A stretch of 64,000 nucleotides of DNA from the NCBI GenBank assembly GCA_965248535.1, contig CBDFJR010000002.1, positions 224,001-288,000 of the forward strand, written 5' to 3'. The notes beneath the pieces are model-generated. The model ran no database searches, was not told the origin of the DNA, and worked only from the letters and a program-made list of their open reading frames with translations. This stretch comes from Phormidesmis sp. GTDB taxonomy: Bacteria; Cyanobacteriota; Cyanobacteriia; Leptolyngbyales; Leptolyngbyaceae. Shown here piece after piece: positions 59,962 to 64,000 of the stretch (position 1 is its first letter; each line of letters starts with the position of its first letter). The position numbers and the translations under genes are program-made.

Positions 59962-61173
59962 TTGAGAAAACACTATCTTTTCTTTTCAAATCATTTGTCC
60001 CTTAAGCCAGACACGGCTCATGAAATTCACGATGTTTTGTGTGCGAATGCTGCCGCAAATTTGGGTTATTCATCGGTGTTGACCTACCCCGATCAAACAT
60101 TAGGTAACTTTAACCCGATCGCCTGGATTTCTCCGTTTAAGCTACAAAAACCTGACCAAACATTTACAGAGTTTTATGATACTCAAAACCATTTGAAGAT
60201 TGCTCCGTTGCCGATGCCGTGGTTTAGCGATCGTCACGCTGGAAAATTCACAAACTCCAGCACGATCGTCTGTAAATATTATTTTCCGATTCACATTTTG
60301 CCAAAGACAAAGCTTGTTCATACTCGCAATTGGAACTTTGCTAAAGCTGCGGTTAGACATGAGATTCCGGTGATTTATGAATCTCATTATTATCAAGAAA
60401 CTCCCTTTGAACCAGAGATTGTTTCAAGTCCTTGGTTTCAAGTTGCGATTACCCAATCGCGTCTAACTCAAGAGAATTTGGTGCAGTGCGGGATGCCACC
60501 CAAAAAAGCAGTTGCACTTCATAACGGATTTGAGCGATCGTTCTTAATCAGGCAACCTCAAGAAGCTGAACACTGGCGACAGGAATTATTAAAAAATGGA
60601 CGCAATCAGCTAGTTGTTTATTCAGGAGCACTCTATCGATTTAAGGGCGTTGATCTGTTAATTGAGGTTGCTAAAAAACTGCCTAAAATTCAGTTTGTGG
60701 TGACGGGTGGAACAGACTCTCAAGTGCAGGATTATCGAGAGATATCCCAACACAAAGGCGTTGAAAATATCATCTTCTTAGGCTGGATTTTGCCCCGCCA
60801 ACGCCTAGTTAGCCTATTTCAAGCGGCTGATATTCTTGCTCACCCTCACTGTTCTGGTAAGGAAGCTGACTTTACCAATCCGGTTAAGTTTTTTCAATAT
60901 ATTGCATCAGGAACGCCGATCGTAGCCACCACGATCGCGCCTTTATTAGAATTCAAACTGCCTCACTTGGCGATGGATTGGTGTGAGCCAGATGATCCCA
61001 CGCAGTTCTCAGTTTGTCTGCAATCTGCGCTGAATCACTATCCTCGCAAGATAGAAGGCTATTTGGAAAATATTGAATTTGGACAACAGTTTTCTTGGGA
61101 AAATCGCATTGAAAAGATTTTGAGCTATGTGAATCCAAAAATGCGACCTACAGTCACAAATTTGAGCGAATAA
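59962..61173 (+). CDS. Glycosyltransferase family 4
   Basis: LHNG, YSGAL..FKGVD, PVKFFQYIASGTPIV, FSWE.R; GGAG before TTG start. Confidence 0.85.
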   Translation: MRKHYLFFSNHLSLKPDTAHEIHDVLCANAAANLGYSSVLTYPDQTLGNFNPIAWISPFKLQKPDQTFTEFYDTQNHLKIAPLPMPWFSDRHAGKFTNSSTIVCKYYFPIHILPKTKLVHTRNWNFAKAAVRHEIPVIYESHYYQETPFEPEIVSSPWFQVAITQSRLTQENLVQCGMPPKKAVALHNGFERSFLIRQPQEAEHWRQELLKNGRNQLVVYSGALYRFKGVDLLIEVAKKLPKIQFVVTGGTDSQVQDYREISQHKGVENIIFLGWILPRQRLVSLFQAADILAHPHCSGKEADFTNPVKFFQYIASGTPIVATTIAPLLEFKLPHLAMDWCEPDDPTQFSVCLQSALNHYPRKIEGYLENIEFGQQFSWENRIEKILSYVNPKMRPTVTNLSE

Positions 61174-61199
61174 AAGCACTGGTTAAACAGATTAGATAG

Positions 61200-62171
61200 A
61201 TGACTAAAAAGATTGTTGGAATGATTAGCAGCTATTCAGGACTAAACCCCAGCCCTGTAGATTGGCTTTGGCAACAAACTCCCCATCCCTTTGGAGTTTG
61301 GAACCAGATTCAAATGTTAGCAAAGGCTAAAAAGCCAGATTTTTTGCTGCTTTATAACTTTAACTCTTTTCCAGAAGTGCCCCACAATACGAATTGGTTC
61401 AATGCACAACGCGAACAAAAGCGCTATGAAGAAGAGATACGATCGCTGCATGTTAAATTGCAGGGAATTCCTAAAGAGCGGACAATCTTTCTGATGCGAG
61501 AACCGCCGTTAGAAGAAATTTTACAGAAAAATATCGCCTTTTATGGAAAAGCAAAACCTTACTGTGGCTATATTTCTGGGCCTGATGATTTTGCGCCCAT
61601 TCCCGACTATATGCCTGCAATTTGGTACTTAACAAATCCGTTTCATGACTTAGCAGAATCGCCCATTCCAGAAAAGCAAAAGCTCTGTAGCTGGATCACA
61701 TCTGGCATTAATCGTACTGCCAACCATCGCCAGCGATTAGACTTTTTGAAACTACTGCGATCGAGTCATCTCGACATTGATTTCTATGGGCGAGACTTAC
61801 CCGATTGGGCAAGCTCAAAAGGTGCGATCGGAAACAAATGGTATGGCATGGCTCCTTACTATTACAACTTAGCGATCGAGAACTATGCTGACAACGATTG
61901 GTATGTCAGTGAAAAACTATGGGATTCCTTGCTGTCTTGGTGTTTGCCAATTTATTATGGAGGCTCTGCCGCCGATAGATTATTGCCTCCAGAAAGTTAT
62001 TTGCGGCTGCCCAGTCTAGATGAAAAAGGCTTGAACTACATTCGAGAAGTCACTGCCACACCCGATGCTTGGCATGAAGCAAAAGACGCGATCGCTGAAG
62101 CCAGGCAGATCATTCTACACAAACTAAACCTGATGGAATGGGTCTCGAACTTTTCTAAAAACTTTACATAA
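61200..62171 (+). CDS. Glycosyltransferase family 10 (fucosyltransferase-like)
   Basis: YYYNLAIENY...YVSEKLWD....CLPIYYG alpha-1,3-FucT motif. Confidence 0.82.
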   Translation: MTKKIVGMISSYSGLNPSPVDWLWQQTPHPFGVWNQIQMLAKAKKPDFLLLYNFNSFPEVPHNTNWFNAQREQKRYEEEIRSLHVKLQGIPKERTIFLMREPPLEEILQKNIAFYGKAKPYCGYISGPDDFAPIPDYMPAIWYLTNPFHDLAESPIPEKQKLCSWITSGINRTANHRQRLDFLKLLRSSHLDIDFYGRDLPDWASSKGAIGNKWYGMAPYYYNLAIENYADNDWYVSEKLWDSLLSWCLPIYYGGSAADRLLPPESYLRLPSLDEKGLNYIREVTATPDAWHEAKDAIAEARQIILHKLNLMEWVSNFSKNFT

Positions 62172-62176
62172 TTTCA

Positions 62177-63151
62177 ATGATGAAAAACGGTATTTATATC
62201 CTCGCTAATGATGTTGTTTACGATCAGCTTGTAGCATTATTAAACAGTATCGAAGTCAATGCAGGAGATTTATTTCCAATCTGCATTCTTCCTTACGACG
62301 ATCGGTTAGATAAAGTCCGTCAAGAGATTCAAGCGCGAGACAATGTTTTTCTATTTGAAGATCAACCCTGTCTCGATCGTTGGGAGGCTTTCGCCAAAGA
62401 AGTCTGGAAAACCCATCCTATTATTAACAGCACCTGGCAAAACAATGGTGAGTTAGAAGTTTATCGCTTGGGAATGCACCGCCGTTTTTGTGCCTTTGAA
62501 GGTGTATTTGAAAACTTCATTTATTTAGATGCAGATATTCTAGTTTTAAACTCATTGGAACCCATTTTTAATCAGCTTAGTCAATCAGATTGTGTGGTTT
62601 ATGATTTCCAACATAAAGATCCTGCCCATGTCTATAACGTAGGGTCGGAGAAGCTGTTAGAAACCTTCACGCAAGATCGGATTAGTTCCGAAATTTTTTG
62701 CGCTGGTTTATATGGGTCAAAACGGGGAATATTTAGCCAGGAAGCACTTAATCAACTGCTCAAAAACCTATCAGATGGAGAAGTAGACATCCTCTATCCA
62801 AGCGCTCCCGATCAAACGATCCTCAACTATATGATGATGCGATCGCAGCGCTCAATTTATAACTTTGCGTTAGAGCTACCTGCTGATCAAAGCACAGGCT
62901 GCTGTGTCACCTCGCCGCACTTTCAAGAAAGAGATTATTTACTGTACGATCGGGGCAATCGCCTAACTTACTTACATTACATTGGACTGGCATCTAGCTT
63001 GTTTAGCCAACTCTGTGCAGGCAAAGCCGTTGACTTTCCCTATCGAGATATTTTTCTGCACTACCGCTATTTGCATGAACCCGAAAATCGACCCATCTTA
63101 TCCAATCGTTTTATCAATCGAATTCTACGAAAACTTCAATTAGCAAGATAA
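62177..63151 (+). CDS. GT-A (GT8-like) sugar transferase, Npun_R2821/R2822-like family
   Basis: GIYILAND, YLDADI (DxD), PDQTILNY, YLHYIG. Confidence 0.75.
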   Translation: MMKNGIYILANDVVYDQLVALLNSIEVNAGDLFPICILPYDDRLDKVRQEIQARDNVFLFEDQPCLDRWEAFAKEVWKTHPIINSTWQNNGELEVYRLGMHRRFCAFEGVFENFIYLDADILVLNSLEPIFNQLSQSDCVVYDFQHKDPAHVYNVGSEKLLETFTQDRISSEIFCAGLYGSKRGIFSQEALNQLLKNLSDGEVDILYPSAPDQTILNYMMMRSQRSIYNFALELPADQSTGCCVTSPHFQERDYLLYDRGNRLTYLHYIGLASSLFSQLCAGKAVDFPYRDIFLHYRYLHEPENRPILSNRFINRILRKLQLAR

Positions 63152-63159
63152 GGGATATT

Positions 63160-64000
63160 ATGACCAGTCGCGGCATTTATATTACTGCAAATGACAAAGT
63201 AACAGATCAGGCGATCGCCTTGATCAACAGCATTCGGGTTCATGATTTAGAAACCCCGATCGTGCTCATTCCCTATGATGACAACTATCACCAAGTTGCA
63301 GAGATTCTCAAACAACGGCATGGCGTGCGCGTTTATGAGGATCTAGAGTTCATCGATCGCTTGTCAAATCGATTACATGAAATCTTTGGCAGCGATTTTT
63401 TTGCGCGACCGAACCAATTTCGTAAACAAGCCTGTTGGTTTGGCGAATTTGATGAATTCCTATATATCGACACCGATATTGTGGTTTTTGAGAAACTCAT
63501 TGATAATCTAAACTATTTCTCTGAATACGACTTTCTCTCGTGTGACTATCAGCACTTGGGCGGCATTAATAATGTATTTACGCCTAAAGTAATCGATGAT
63601 GAAATCTTTACCCAAAACGAACTCAAAGACATTTTTAACGGCGGCTTTTGGGCCTCTAAAAAAGGCTTAATTTCTGAACAAGATCTCTACGACACCTTTG
63701 CCGACTGCGCGGCCCATCCTGACTATTTTGACTTTTCTCAAAAGACCTCCGATCAGCCGATCATTAATTACATGATTCTCAAACGCATTGCTCGACGGTT
63801 TAATATAATCCGTAGACCCAATGGCGCACCGGGTAACTGGGCAGGCAGTTCGCATTTTGGGGTAGATGGCGATCGCTTGATTGACCCCAGCGTTGACCAA
63901 CCCCTGCAATATCTGCACTGGGCGGGCATTCGCATTCAGCCCGGTTGCCCCTATTGGCAAATCTGGGAACATTATCGCTATCTTCACGAACCGAAGCCGC
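63160..64000 (+). CDS. Second GT8-like paralogue (3' end outside window; not in ORF track)
   Basis: ATG 63160: MTSRGIYITANDKV..., YIDTDI, SDQPIINY, YLHWAG; open to window end. Confidence 0.8.
   Translation, partial: MTSRGIYITANDKVTDQAIALINSIRVHDLETPIVLIPYDDNYHQVAEILKQRHGVRVYEDLEFIDRLSNRLHEIFGSDFFARPNQFRKQACWFGEFDEFLYIDTDIVVFEKLIDNLNYFSEYDFLSCDYQHLGGINNVFTPKVIDDEIFTQNELKDIFNGGFWASKKGLISEQDLYDTFADCAAHPDYFDFSQKTSDQPIINYMILKRIARRFNIIRRPNGAPGNWAGSSHFGVDGDRLIDPSVDQPLQYLHWAGIRIQPGCPYWQIWEHYRYLHEPKP

Noticed and set aside
63667..63987. 106-aa minus-strand ORF
   Set aside because: Antisense to the real + strand GT8-like gene starting at 63160.

Overview
A gene-dense chromosomal window from a cyanobacterium. 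Evidence: abundant HIP1 octamer GCGATCGC, plus desC, ycf29/rre1, CCB-family, cyaB1-type cyclase, DUF3086/DUF3119, Uma2 and pentapeptide genes. The hetZ-patU pair with roughly 50% GC (estimated by eye) suggests a filamentous, probably non-heterocystous lineage; this is an inference. Most genes are housekeeping, envelope or signalling (proA-like, prk-like, recN, pyrG, nanE, rph, trpB, yciH, two amidases, dacB-type PBP). A polysaccharide cluster (ABC exporter plus glycosyltransferases) starts at the right edge. There are two tnpA-less IS200/IS605 TnpB elements whose ends I could resolve from guide/cleavage tetranucleotide pairing: one intact (18495-19797) and one inactivated by an internal deletion (28744-30063). 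There is also a type II TA pair. I found no rRNA, tRNA or CRISPR array, and cannot demonstrate a wholly new system from sequence alone. Best leads: hetZ with single-ORF patU next to a catalytically dead transglutaminase-like membrane protein; a dead ProA paralogue coupled to a Zn-ribbon membrane protein; an unknown gene behind a LexA-like palindrome; structured leaders in the TnpB left ends; an unannotated 33-aa membrane peptide; and a 14-bp VNTR between a pilin-like gene and a stand-alone Hpt gene. All family calls come from motif recognition, not database searches.
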